Source: Squalus acanthias (taxonomy: Eukaryota). Taken from it: a stretch of DNA of 64,000 bases. Below are positions 25,802-37,803 of the stretch, piece by piece (position 1 is the stretch's first letter; every line of letters begins with the position of its first letter). The stretch spans positions 132,000,001-132,064,000 of the forward strand of contig CM059431.1 in the NCBI GenBank assembly GCA_030390025.1, written 5' to 3'. Both the position numbers and the translations under genes were made by a program. The notes below the pieces were generated by a model that was not told the origin of the DNA, searched no databases, and was given only the letters and a program-made list of their open reading frames with translations.

Positions 25802-27554
25802 GGCCGCGATTTCGCCAGCGGAGGTGGGATTGCGGCGGGAGAGGTGATTGGCGGGTTCCAGTCCCGTTCCCGGCTGCAGCCACGCTGTAAAAAGGATTTT
25901 TCGTTAATAGGGCTTGTTAAGCCCGCCCTGCGGGGTTCCCGGCCAATTAAAAGGAAGCGGGTCTGATGACGTCATTTGATGACGCGGCATCAGCCAGTTT
26001 CCTTAAATGGACCATGTCCGCATTGATTTTGACAGTTGTGCTGTCAGTGTTCTGCAGCATTGAGGTGCTGCAAACACTGACAAGCACTGCACAAAGGTGC
26101 ACGGCTGCACCCAGGCTCTCCCATGACTCCCTTCATATGCTTATGGAGGGAGTCAGAGCACATAGGGAGATTCTCTTCCCTTCCAATGGTGGAAGAGACC
26201 TTCCCAGGAGATCAAAGCAGCCTGGTTGCACATTGCACAGGAGGGCACAAGCAGGGATGTCATCAGGCTGCAGTGGTGCAAATCTTTCAATGATCTCAGT
26301 AGATCACGAAACATTACTGCAAAGCCACACTCAACCTCATCCTGCTGTGCCACTCATCACATCCCCATAACTCTGCCTTCCCTACCCTACTCCTGCACAT
26401 CCTTACTCACACCAACTTACCTTGGACCTCCACCCATCCCTCTCTATCAACGTTATCACTTCCCCATCTCACTAGCCATCCCTCACACTCACCCTCATCC
26501 TAGTGCAATCATACCAACTAGCAACACACAATGGTAGGCACTTCGGTGTTTTATGCAATGTTTATGTAAATTTTCTATTAGTGTGTTGTGAAACATTGAA
26601 ATCTTTATTTTCAACACTTTGCCTTATTGTACAGATCTGTGCTCACCTTTGGAAGTGTCTTAGTGAGTTCCAGTGAATGGTGAGACATAACAGTATCCCT
26701 CGCAATGGTGATGAGTGTGAAAGGAATGGCTTGGTCATTGTAGGAATGCTTTATGGTGCTGGTGTGGGGTGGTGGTAATCTGGCACATCATGTGGCAGCC
26801 AGGATGTACAGCGTCAAGTGAAGTAAATCTGGCCATGGTGATGCCATCGCTGGCCTCCTGGGCAGCAATGTTGTCGGGTGCTGATGCCCTGTGTCCTGTG
26901 CAGCATCAGGTGATTGCAGAGAAGGTTGATATTGTTGTTGGTGATGTTGGTTTGCCTGGGGCTGATCGTGGAGGGATTCAGAGGACCAAGGTGAGATTTT
27001 TTCAAAGGCACCATTGCTGGAATAGATGGCAACTGAAGTTGAGATGACAGAAGCGATCTGTCAATGGTGAGAGAGCTTGCTGCAAGGAGGTGACAGTGGA
27101 TAGAGAGTTTACTCCAAACACTTCCAAACTACATACAGTTCAAAAGTGTCTTCCAAGTCCTGAAGGCTCAAGCTTCTGACATTGGAAAGTGACCAGCTGT
27201 GAAATGGTAGCTTTCATACCACTTTTGCAGCTGTCACCAATTCACAGCAATGGGGAGAGAAAGAGAACCCTGACCTACTTACCTGATGTGATCTCCGAAT
27301 GACGTGAACCCCGTTAAAAATGTGGTAAAATAGAAAAAGGCTGGCAAAATAGTAGTTAACAAGCAGTTAAGTATCTTAAATGCCTCCCCCACCGCTTGGT
27401 ATCAGGGTCTGTTCTGAAATCACAGACCTGACACTTTGGAAACTTACATGGAGGCGGGTTTGGCGGCGGGCTCCCAACCCGCTGTCAATCATTTCGATTT
27501 TGACAGCGAACCCGCCTCCAAACCCGCCCTCTGAGCGCCGGCAAAATTCAGCCC
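25802..27554. mobile_element. Internally deleted Harbinger element with a Myb exon remnant
   Basis: TIR-like GGCCGCGATTTCGCCAGCG / CGCCGGCAAAATTCAGCCC; 3-bp TSD ATA; AAPRLSHDSLHMLMEGVRAHREILFPSNG and LQWCKSFNDL (Myb-like) at about 26100-26300. Confidence 0.75.
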
Positions 27555-28607
27555 ATAGTGAATATAAACAGAAATGAGAAACACTATACTGGAAGATTAC
27601 TCTCTATACTTTGAACATATTTATCTCCATATTTCCAGTGAAATTTGAGAGGAGTTGCCACCTGCTCAGTTCATTAAATGTTATATTTTCTTCTCCCCAG
27701 CATTGCATTTTTCAGCTAGCTGACGTGAATAATGTAAGGCCTTTCTTCAGGAGATGCTGCAAGGTATTAAGTAAGTGCTGTGAAGAGAGATCTGCTCAAG
27801 TCTACTGGCGTGGCTAAATAAGAAAAGGTTAAATTTCAGTCTCTCAAAGGAAAAACCGCCTGCCATTTCGTTATCTGACACCTCTTTAAAAAATCAGCTG
27901 TAGTTAGTGCTGAGTGCTCTTGCTTACCTATCAAGCAGCTTACCTTTCAGACAACAGTGCTTTGCTTTTATCCAGGCAGTCATACTAACAGCACTGGCTC
28001 CACCATTTACCTGTATAGCAAAACTACTTCCTTTATCACTAATGATGGTCTTGAGTACAGCATTTTCATGGTGTTGCTAAACAGTCGCCTGTCATTTGAG
28101 TAGAATTGGTTTATTTTGATGGGAATTTTTTCATGGAAATGTCACTAACGGATGCAGGTGCCAAAGATGGATGTGAAAAGATAAGACAGAGAAATATCAT
28201 TTTGCAGCTTCTGTTCCTCAAGGAGATGCTTTACAGACATGTGAAGGACAAGCACTTTTTTCTTTTCAATATAGAAGTTGCTCTTAAATCAGGATGGCAG
28301 CATTTATGGAGAGAGTTCCAAATGTTTAATTCTGGCATATTGTTGGGAAATAGTAATCATGAAGACATCACAAAGCCGAAGATGACACCTCCTACCTATC
28401 CATCAGCAAACTTGACAATTACTTCAGAATAGTGAATATACTCCTTTAAGGTAGAATAGTACTGTAGGATACAGATTTAGGGAATCAATATCCATATCAG
28501 ATTGGCATCCCAAAAGGAAAAGGACATAGATCATCACTGTTACTGTAAGTTCTGACAACTCAGCGGGTTTCTGCTTGATCTGAATTGTTAGGAGTTCCTT
28601 AAGGTTT

Positions 28608-28852
28608 GGAAATTCACCCCCTAACTGTCCAGGCTCATGCATAACGGAAGGGCACTCAAGCTTGGAGGGCTTCTGGTGGCATTAACAAGAATCAGTGCCT
28701 TCAGGAGAGGAGGAAGGGAGGTGAGAAAATTCATGGTAAAGGGAGAAAGAAACACCCAACAGTAGCTGAGATCAACATGCAGTAAGTGAGGATAAAGTCT
28801 TTGTCTGAGCATTACCACAGTGTAGTATATTGGTGTCCTAAAACAAACACAT
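28608..28852 (+). repeat. Copy 2 of the ~245-bp diverged direct repeat
   Basis: Aligns with 25557-25800. Confidence 0.85.
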
Positions 28853-29548
28853 GTCTATAATGCTGTACTCCTAACAGTCAGCAGAGTATGTAAAGCCTAG
28901 GAACAGGAAAGATTAAAGGCGAGATACAGTGGCCAAGAAATTTGATGTCGCTTTGCCCATTTTTTGGCAGCTATACGGCCACCTAAGCCTCCAATATAGG
29001 GCAGAAAACATGTACTTATTATGAGCTGGCAGTGCGCCGCCCACCATATTGGTATATGGCAAAAAATAGGGGGGAAAAGTTCAGTTGGTTCATGCCTCCA
29101 GTTAGCACCTGGCAGGGGCGAGGCGAATTCAGCGCCCCATGCCAAATCTGCGCCCCGCCCCACAGTAGCGCTGCCACTACAAGTTATCGCCGGGGACCTC
29201 AATGCCAGGCAGATCGTGACATCAGTGAGTATGCAACACTCACTGGGCGCCCGATCTGCAAAATTAATTGTCGCCCCCCTGCCTTTAGCGCCTCGCCCCG
29301 ACAGTGACAGGGAGAGGAGGTGTGAAGCAGGTGGATGCCGGCTCCAGGGGCGCTACTTACAGGGATCACAAGTAATGAGTCGCAGCTGTCGGGTTAGTGC
29401 TGTTTCACTGCTTCCTTGTCAGTTTGACATTGTGCAACAGTTTAATTCAGTCATTTAAAGGTTGTTTAGTATCAGGAGTGTTGTGGCTACTAACAATTAG
29501 TTACATTTATTCTCACAACATATCAAAGTGCTACACTTGGTTACATTA

Positions 29549-30261
29549 ATGGGGGTTGTACTGGCAGTCGACCTCGCCCTCCAGGATCTACAGCAGAGGG
29601 AGTGCAGGCAGCAAGAAAGAGTGGAACATGTGGCCAGAAGGAGGAGAAGGATCATGAGGGCTCTCAACAGGAGGCCTTACCCTCCGAGGGTATTCCGACA
29701 GCACTTCTCCCACCTCCAATTAAGTGAGGAGCAGTGCATTAGGAGGCTCCACTTCAGCAAGGAGGTGGTCACAGAACTCTGCCACCTCCTGCAACCAGAC
29801 CTCGAGCCTCAGATCAGGGCGATCATGGCTCTCTCAGTGGCAGTCAAGGTCACCATCGCCCTCAATTTCTTCACCAATGGATCCTTCCAGTGTAGCTAAC
29901 AACTCGCAGTTCGCCATCCATCGCTGCATCTTGGAGGTCACATCATCGAGCAGACCATCGGGGTGCTCAAGCAACGATTCCGCTACCTGGACCGCTCGGG
30001 AGGAGACCTCCAGTACTCGGCTGAGTGGGTGTCCCATTTCATGGTGGTCTGCTGCATGCTCCACAACTTGGCCATCATGAGGTCCCATCCCTTGCCACCA
30101 GGGATTGCGGGACCACCTCAGGAGGAGGAAGAGAGGACGAGGAAGAAGAGGAAAACGAGGAGGAGGAGGCGGAGGAGGAACAGGAGCGAGGGAGGAGGCA
30201 GCCACTCAGTCGGCCTTCTGGAAGGGCGATCCGTGACCACCTCATCAGACTGCAGCTCTAA
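29549..30261 (+). pseudogene. Harbinger (HARBI1-like) transposase with the catalytic core deleted
   Basis: RRPYPPRVFR..LSEEQCIRRLHFSKE..VKVTIALNFF..GSFQ joined directly to IIEQTIGVLKQRFRYLDRSGG..CCMLHNLAI and an acidic tail; the central DDE region is absent. Confidence 0.88.
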
Positions 30262-30429
30262 TAAATTAAACCCCAGATCCCTGTTGCTCACCTCATTCCC
30301 ATCATTCCATCCCTGTCGCAGGCCATATCACAGCACAAAGCTGAAATGAGAGACACCACAAAATAATCCAAATTGAATTAATAAACTTATCGATAATCAG
30401 TGAACACATATTTACAGCACCATTATTAC

Positions 30430-32260
30430 CTATTCATCCTTGTAGAATTCCTTCGTGGCTCTCGTTACTGTGCCATTGCCTACTCTAGTGCTCCTACGAA
30501 GCATTGGCCCAGTGGTTGCAGCACGGCTGGTGGAGCTGCTGAGTGTCCATGCAGGAGACTTCAGATGGCCTTGCAGGACGCCCTCTGCCAGTTCTGGGTC
30601 TGGAAGGCCCGGCTGTAGATTGCACCACCTCAGCATGGGCGGCAGCAGTCTGGGCTGGCTGGCTGTCAGGCAGCGACAAGCACAATGGCGGAGTGCCAGT
30701 GGTGGGAGCAGGAATGCTGTCATCTTGAGAGAGGACAGCAGCTTCCTGCTCCACTGACCCACTGCCACTCCCCCGGGGCAGCACCTCAGCATCCCTAGCA
30801 ATTTGTTGCAGCACAGATTGCTGGCCTGCTGCGACGCTGTGAAAGCCCCGGTTGACGATGGTAGACTCAACCACGATAGCTGCAGTCAGAGCTTGCGTGG
30901 CATCAAGCTGAGACTGCATGTGAGCAGTCTGAGATTGAATGCCACCAAGCATAGGCTGCATTACAGCGCTAAGATGTTGCGTCGCTTCCGCCTGTGCTGC
31001 AATGGAAGCTGTCAGATCGCCCATCACATACGGCATCAGGTGTGGGTCGCCACGGTCTCTCTGGGAGTCGACCATCCATTGCAGAGTGGAATTGATGGTC
31101 TCCATGGTGTGCACAGAGTCTTGTGCAATGTTGAAGGTGGACTCCTCCATGCTCCTTGTCATTGCATCTCCGTGTGCTTGCCCATCACCCTTCTTCTAAA
31201 GGCCTCCCCATCGAGGTGCTCATCTGAGTCCTGTGCAGCAGAACCCATGTGCGAACTCGACCTCCGGGGAGCTGGCTCCCAAGCTACCCTTTCCCCCTGG
31301 CCTTGCGGCAGCCCGCTCGTCCTCAGTGCATCACTGTGCAGATCCCACTACTATACTAGCCTCTAAAGAACGCGTAGTGCCGGTATCTGAGCTGGTACCT
31401 GCGGGTGAGACATGCAGTGACGTGGTGTCTTCTTCCTCCTCTTCTCCTGCCTCGCTCTCAACGGTATCCTCAGGGACAGGCTGCTCAGGTGCTTGCTCAT
31501 TATCTGAAAGCATAAAGGCACAAGATTCAAGTTAAGGTGAGGGGAGGGGGGCAGGAAGGGAGAAATGCATGCATACAGCATGATTAGCTGGAAAGAGCGA
31601 AACGTTTGTAGGGGGAAGTGGGATGTGAGAAGAAGAAGTAGGGATGAACATACCGTTGTTGTTCCCAAGGGGGTCAATGTCGCCGGTGGCCACGGCACCC
31701 ACCACCTGGCCCCCAATAATATGCAGCATTCGATGCTCCAGCGCAGACAATGGTTGTGTGTCAGCTTGTCCCCCGTCTGTGCGCTCCTGCTCCCTCCTGT
31801 TGTGAGCCACCTTGGCCTGCAAATGAAAGGAAAGTGTGTGAGTGAGTGTGGCGCAATGTGTCTGGGTGATGTGCTTGCCATAGTTGAATAGCTGTGATTG
31901 TGTGCAAGATGTGAGATGTGGGTGTGAGTGTTGTTAGGTAAGAGATTGTTGGTGGGTGAGTGCTGGGGGTGTGGTGCTTTGGGCAGTGTGTGAAGATTGT
32001 GGTTCAGACGGTGATATGTAGCATTTGTTGAAGCATTGACTCACCCTGACCACCCGAGTGAGGTCGTTAAATTTCTTCCTGCACTGTATGTGGGTCCTGG
32101 GGACCACAGTGCTGCCCTAGATGTGCTGCACTACCTCCCTCCACATGGTGCAGAAGACTTGCGGCGAGGGCCTCCTGCCACTTGCCGGGTAGTGCACCGC
32201 GCTCCGTCTTTTCACTGCGAACACCAATGCCTCAGTGCTTGGTCACAGATCTGCAGGCTC
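30430..32260 (-). pseudogene. Harbinger Myb/SANT-like gene, three exons (about 32260-32045, 31816-31654, 31503-30430)
   Basis: Exon 1 ends QCRKKFNDLTRVVR/GTGAGT; exon 2 CAG/AKVAHNRREQERTDGG..NNN-G/GTATGT; exon 3 TTTCAG/ATAATG continues in frame (DNEQAPEQ..EEEEEDT); later stops and frameshifts. Confidence 0.85.
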
Positions 32261-34117
32261 TCTCCCTGGGCCGTGGATCTGCTTGAGTCGTCCGGCTCCT
32301 TCTCCTTGACCTGCTGCTGCTGGCTGAGAAGGCTGCATAGCCAGCAATGATGAGAATGGGGTTCTGCAGCATCAATGAACCTCCCCTTTAAAAACTGGAA
32401 AGAGCCTGTGGCAATGATGACTTGTGATTAGACTGCACCTGATATTGGTCAGCGCTTCGAGTTTAATGCCACTGAGCTAGGCCATTAGCGCTTGATTTAG
32501 CGCTCCAATCTTTTCTTTGTGCAATGAGACTGAATTTTGCTTGCAGTCTGAAGCATTAGCGCCTGGCGCTAATTCTCAAACTTTTCAAAAGTTACCGCCC
32601 ATTCCTGGGCTATTGGCTATTATGAATTTCTCCCCCTAGGTGTCTAGGGCCCGCGCCTGAAACAGGGACCGTTGCAGGCTGTCACCAAAAGGGTAAGTTT
32701 GTAAAAAAAATAATGACCTGTTTGTGGGCCAGGCTGAGCAGCAGTGCTCCTCCCAGCCCTACATTAAAACCGTGTGCTGCTGCCAACCACCTCTCGCCAC
32801 CCTCCCACCCCAATTTCCGCCTCGACCCTCTTCCAAATTGCTCTCTCGACCACCCCCCATCGTCCCAATGTCCCAATTGCCGTTCATCCTGGAGGCCCGA
32901 TCGACCCTTTTTCAATCACCCTCCCCTTCCTGGTCGCCCTCCCTTTCCCAGTCACCCCACTCCCGATCGCCCTCTGTCCCAGTCGCCAGATCAACCCTCT
33001 CCTGTTTCGCTCGGCCCCGATCGCCCTCCCTTTCTCGATCGTCTACTTCCTGGTAGCATCCCTTTCCCTTTTACTGACCTAGCTGAGGGCCTCAGCGACT
33101 GAAATTTAAAGCCTCTTCACCCGAGAGCTGCCGCCCAGCAGGTGCTCGCAGCTCACCGGTCTCATTTAAATGAGGCCTGGGGACAACTCTGGCATGCGCC
33201 TTGGGCCTACCCGTTCAGGAGCAGGATTTGTTCCCTGCGCACAGTTCGCAGGCTTGTCTCGGACTTCCATTGAGCTGAGTGAGGTTCGTTGTCTTCCCTA
33301 TTCCAGGATGCTGATGCCAGTGCTCAGACTTACCTCAAAGTTCATCAGCAGCAGGAGCTACAGAGTTATTAAAGTTTAATTTACTGATTGAATCTCTCCC
33401 TAGGACTGCCAGGTGGCTCTTTTTGAAATCAAAATTCCACACAACTAGGCTTTCCCATCATGCATTTAGAATAGAATCACATTGACCTTTATTTGTAATT
33501 TTTTAAATCGAGTTCTGGGATAAAATGAATCGAGTTGTTGGAAGATACTAAGTATAAACATTCCAGAGATACTTTCAGTTATAACACTTAAGTTAAACCA
33601 ATATTAGAAGCCAACATGACCTTTGTTTAATGTCTTCAAATGCCTGTCTTTCATCTGATTTAATAATGAGTGGCACCAAGATGTCTTTGATCTTTCACTA
33701 TTAATGGAGTTTCAGGATTTAAATCAAACTTCCAGCTGGAGCTCTGTTGTACACACCCCAAGGTGCTACAATAATATTTGTATCTTGGTTTTTAACTCAT
33801 TGAGGAAAATAATAGACAATGGAAATGACAGACAAGCTATCAACATTACTTTTGACCTGCTCCACCTGCTCATTCATCCCTGCTCTCACATTATGGCACG
33901 AATGACCCCTCTGATTGCCCTACACTTTCGATATCACCACTGCCTCATGTAATGATGTTCCTCATACATCCCCCTGTCCCCATTCTCCCTTAGCAAAGGC
34001 ACACATCTTTGATACCCCGCACACCTCCCCATAATTCCCTTTAATTCTCTGAGATTGGGTCCTGACTCAAGCCTGGCTAACCCAGCCTCTCCTGTGCTCA
34101 TGTGCTGTTACCTGGAT

Positions 34118-34328
34118 CATAGAATCATAGAAATTTATGGCACAGAAGGAGGCCATTTGGCCCATCATGTCTGTGCCAACCGAAAAAGAGTTATCCAGCC
34201 TCATCCCACTTTCCAGCTCTTGGTCTGTAGTCTTGTAGGTTACGGCACTTCAAGTGCATATCGAAGTACTTTTTAAATGTGATGAGGGTTTCTGCCTCTA
34301 CTACCCCTTCAGTCAGTGAGTTCCAGAT
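34118..34328 (-). mobile_element. CR1 LINE 3' tail fragment
   Basis: WNSLTEGVVEAETLITFKKYFD..GKWD plus 3' UTR and CATAGAAT tail. Confidence 0.85.
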
Positions 34329-34331
34329 AAT

Positions 34332-35070
34332 GGCCCAAAAATTCATGAGGAAGCCTTCGTGCGAGGGTAAGGCCTCCCGCGATCTCTCACTGCGCGTTGG
34401 CTTTTTCAGTTCCAGCTCGCACGAACTTGATGTTCTGGACAGCTGCTGTGCTGGGCTTGCGTATCCCACCGGCGTAGTTAATTCGTGCGAGCTGTGGGAT
34501 CACGTGACTCAGTTAGAGCCAATGGCAGCACACCATCTTCCATTCATAACTTTCACATAAGTGCTGTGAAAGCTATGAATACTATAGCCCCCCAAAAGAA
34601 CCGCTAAACCTCAATTAAATTTAAAAAAAAAGCACATTAAAAAAATAAGTATAGTTAAATAAATTAACCATTTTAAATAAAAAATTAAATTTTTGAAAAA
34701 ATTTAAAATCTTTTAAAAAGTTATAAAAATAAACTTACCTGTCTTTAAAGTCTCTAAAATAGATATACCTGTTAAAAAAAATTCAAAAAAATACTTAATT
34801 CACTACTTACCTTGTTAAAAGTGGGTCTTACTCCTCCTTTTTTTATGTGTAGAATCTTCCGTACTTACCTGCGCGTTGAAACCACTAAGTGCACTGCATG
34901 CGCGCAGCCTGTAGCGCGCACGCGGTTCACCTAGGACCCGCCCCCTTTTCCATTCACCAAGTGCCGGTTTTCAGCGCATGCGCAGTGCATGCAGAAAACC
35001 GGCAATTGGAGACAGAATACGCGAGAGTACGCAGTGCGTACTCTCGCGTAGCGGCACTAATTTTTGGGCC
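34332..35070. mobile_element. MITE family A, copy 1 (Harbinger-like)
   Basis: TIRs GGCCCAAAAATT / AATTTTTGGGCC; TSD AAT; highly similar to 54574-55314. Confidence 0.9.
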
Positions 35071-35271
35071 AATAAAAAAAAAGCAACATTTCCAGGTAGC
35101 AAGTGACAATGCGCCTAACTCCACTCCCATAGGGTTCCCTGAATCCTCAGCTTGCAATATCAATGCCATCGGTGAGCACCGACATTCTGTTAATGTTGGT
35201 GGGGCAATAGGAATCACATCAAGCAGACGAGAGGGAAACATGGCCTATCTGTTAAACACCATGAACTCTCC

Positions 35272-35990
35272 AAGAAAGAAAGACTTGCATTTGTATAGTG
35301 CCTTTCACAACCTCAGTACTTCCCAAAATGCTTTACAGCCAATGAAGTGCAGTCACTGTTGTAATTTAGGAAACGAGGCAGCCAATTTGCACATAGCAAA
35401 CTCCCACAAACAGCAATGTGATAATGACCAGATAATCTGTTTTTTAGTGATGTTGGTTGAGGGATAAATGTTGGCCGAAACACCGGGGAGAACTCCCCTG
35501 CTCTTCTTCAAAATACAGGAAACTTTCGTTTATCCGGCACCCAAATATCCGGAATTCTCGCTTAACCGGCAAAAATCATCCTCCGAAAACTCCTCTCAAA
35601 TAACCGGCAATGTTGCCGAGTCGCAGTCGAGTCTCCGCGAACGCCGAGTGCTCCGAAAACTCCTCTCAAATAACCGGCAATGTTGCCGATCCCGAGTCCG
35701 AGTCCGCGAACGCCAATTTAGTCAGTAGGGGTACTTTTCAAAAGTGCCACTACTCGGCCTCCTGGCGCTGTCGGAAGTCCGAAACACTGCAGTAGCAGGA
35801 GTTGATTCTCCCGCGCTGCCTGGAGTCTCTTTGTTAAAAATAGCCTCGGTAGATATAACTCTCCGTTATCCGGTACTTTCGATAAACCGGCACCACGCCG
35901 GTCCCGTCGATGCCGGATAAACGAAAGTTTCCTGTAGTGCCATGGGATCTTTAACCTGAGAGAGCAGACGTGGCCTCAATTTATCGGCTC
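35272..35990 (-). mobile_element. SacSINE1-like DeuSINE (5'-truncated), split by a Tc1/mariner MITE
   Basis: Reverse complement of the SINE at 42135-42581; continuity AAAATA|GTGCCATGGGATC across the insert. Confidence 0.85.
35516..35934. mobile_element. Tc1/mariner (pogo/Tigger-like) MITE, 419 bp
   Basis: Perfect 24-bp TIR CAGGAAACTTTCGTTTATCCGGCA; TA TSD; internal 70-bp tandem duplication (35581/35651). Confidence 0.92.
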
Positions 35991-36069
35991 AGGGACCACA
36001 AGCTCTATTTGGATGCCATGGAGCACATGGACACCAGCTAAAATGGAGTCCCATAGCTAGTTCTTTTAA

Positions 36070-37803
36070 CCCTTTGAGGACTGAGGTTTCTTTCCAAATT
36101 TCCATTTTTATCCCCCCCAAGCTCCTGACCTTCTCTCCCCTGCGAATTCCTGACCTTCTCCCCCCACAAGTACCTGACCTTCTCTCCCCCACCCCCGAGC
36201 TCCTGACCTTCTCTTCCACGAGTACCTGACCTCTCCCCCCTGAGTTCCTGACCTCCTCCCCCCTGAGTTCCTGACCTTCTCCCCCGAGTTCCTGACCTCC
36301 TCCCCCCTGAGTTCCTGACCTTCTCCCCCGAGTTCCTGACCTTCTCCCCCATGAGTTCCTGATCTTTTCCCCCCGAGCTCCAGACCTTCTCTTCCCCAAG
36401 GTCCTAACCTTCTCTCCCCCCCAAGCTCCTGACCTTCTCTCCCCCTCTGAGTTGCTGACCTCACCCCCTGGGTTCCTGACCTTTACCCCCCGAGTTCCTG
36501 ACCTTTACCCCCCCGAGTTCCTAACCTTTACGCCCTGACCTTCTCCCCCACGAGTTCCTGACCTCCTCCCCCTCCCCCGAGTTCCTGACCTTCTCCCCCA
36601 AGAATTCCTGACCTGCTCCCACCCGGAGTTCCTGTCCTTCTCCACCCCAAGGTCCTGTCCTTCTCCTTCCCGAGTTCCTGACCTTCTCCCCCCAGAGTTC
36701 CTAACCTTCTTCCACCCCCCCCAAGAGTTCCTGTTCTTCTCCCCTGTGAATTCCTGACCTTCTCCCACCCTGAGTTCCAGATATTCCCCCCTCCCAAGTT
36801 CCTGATCTTCTCTTCACCACGAGTTCCTGATCTTCTCCTCCCCCCGTTCCTGACCTTCTCCCGCATGAGTTCCTGACCTTCTCCCCCCGAGTTCCTGACC
36901 TGCTCCTCCCCCCGTTCCTGACCTGCTCCCCCCACGAGTTCCTGACCTGCTCCCCCCACGAGTTCCTGACCTGCTCACTCCCACGAGTTCCTGATCTTCT
37001 CAGTCCTGCCCCGATTTCCTGACCTCTTCCCCCACAAGTCCCTGATCTTTTCCTCACCGAGTTCCTGACCTTCTCCTCCACGAGTCCCTGACCTTCTCCC
37101 CAGAGTTCCTGTTATACTCCCCCATGAGTTTCTGGCCTTCTCCCCCGCATGTTCCTGACCTTCTGTCCCACGAGTTCCTGAAGTTCTCCCCCCCACGAGT
37201 TCCTGACCTTCTCCACCATCCCCCCAACCCCGACTTCCTGACCTCCTCCCCCACGAGTTCCTGACCTCCTCCCCCACGAGTTCCTGTCCTTTCCCCTCAC
37301 TGAGCTTCTGACCTTCACCCCCCGAGTTCCTGACCTCCTCCCCCACGAGTTCCTGTCCTTTCCCCTCACTGAGCTTCTGACCTTCTCCCCTCACTGAGCT
37401 TCTGACCTTCACCCCCACGAGCTCCTGACCTTCTCCCCTCACTGAGCTTCTGACCTTCTCCCCCACGAGCTCCTGTCCTTTCCCCGCCTCCGAATCCCTG
37501 TCCTCTCCCCACTCTGATCTCCTGACCTTCTCTAGGCAACAAATGGCTGACAACAGGGAGGAAAAATGGTTCAGGCAGCAGGCCGAAGGCTTGGGCTAGG
37601 CACATACGCGGCTGGAACATCGGGTGCGCATGCGGGACTCCAGTGGGGGGGCAGGACGGGACGGTGTTTAGGTTCGACCCCAGAGTGCTCGGTTCAGTTT
37701 AGCTCCGCCCCCATACAGGTGCGCATGCACAGAACGACTCAAACTTCTTCGTGTCAGCAATCAATCCCTTTGCTTTTAGCCCCAAAGCATTAGTCCTCAA
37801 AGG
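36070..37803. mobile_element. piggyBac-like non-autonomous element
   Basis: TTAA|CCCTTTGAGGACT ... AGTCCTCAAAGG|TTGA: matching TIR, CCC terminus and a degenerate TTAA TSD. Confidence 0.7.
36110..37530. repeat. Degenerate C-rich minisatellite (core GAGTTCCTGACCTTCTCCCCC, about 21-27 bp)
   Basis: Roughly 60 units with variable C-run length; strong C/T versus G/A strand skew. Confidence 0.95.

Larger units (their letters stand above)
29070..32636. mobile_element. PIF/Harbinger DNA transposon, decayed two-gene element
   Basis: TIRs GGGGGAAAAGTTCA / TGAATTTCTCCCCC; 3-bp TSD TAG (29067-69, 32637-39); convergent transposase (+) and Myb gene (-); subterminal (TT)AGCGCC repeats. Confidence 0.9.
28930..33240. 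mobile_element. Host non-autonomous element split by the Harbinger insertion at 29070-32636
   Basis: Begins GGCCAAGAAATT like the other MITEs; GC-rich sequence resumes after the TSD at 32640; right end unclear. Confidence 0.45.

Noticed and set aside
29549..30261. Host HARBI1 or MSANTD domesticated genes (also 50310-53210)
   Set aside because: Stops, frameshifts and deletions, and a location inside TIR/TSD-bounded elements.
35989..37620. Gly/Arg/Glu-rich ORFs (RRSGTRG, GEGQEL repeats)
   Set aside because: Translations of the C-rich minisatellite with constant frameshifts.
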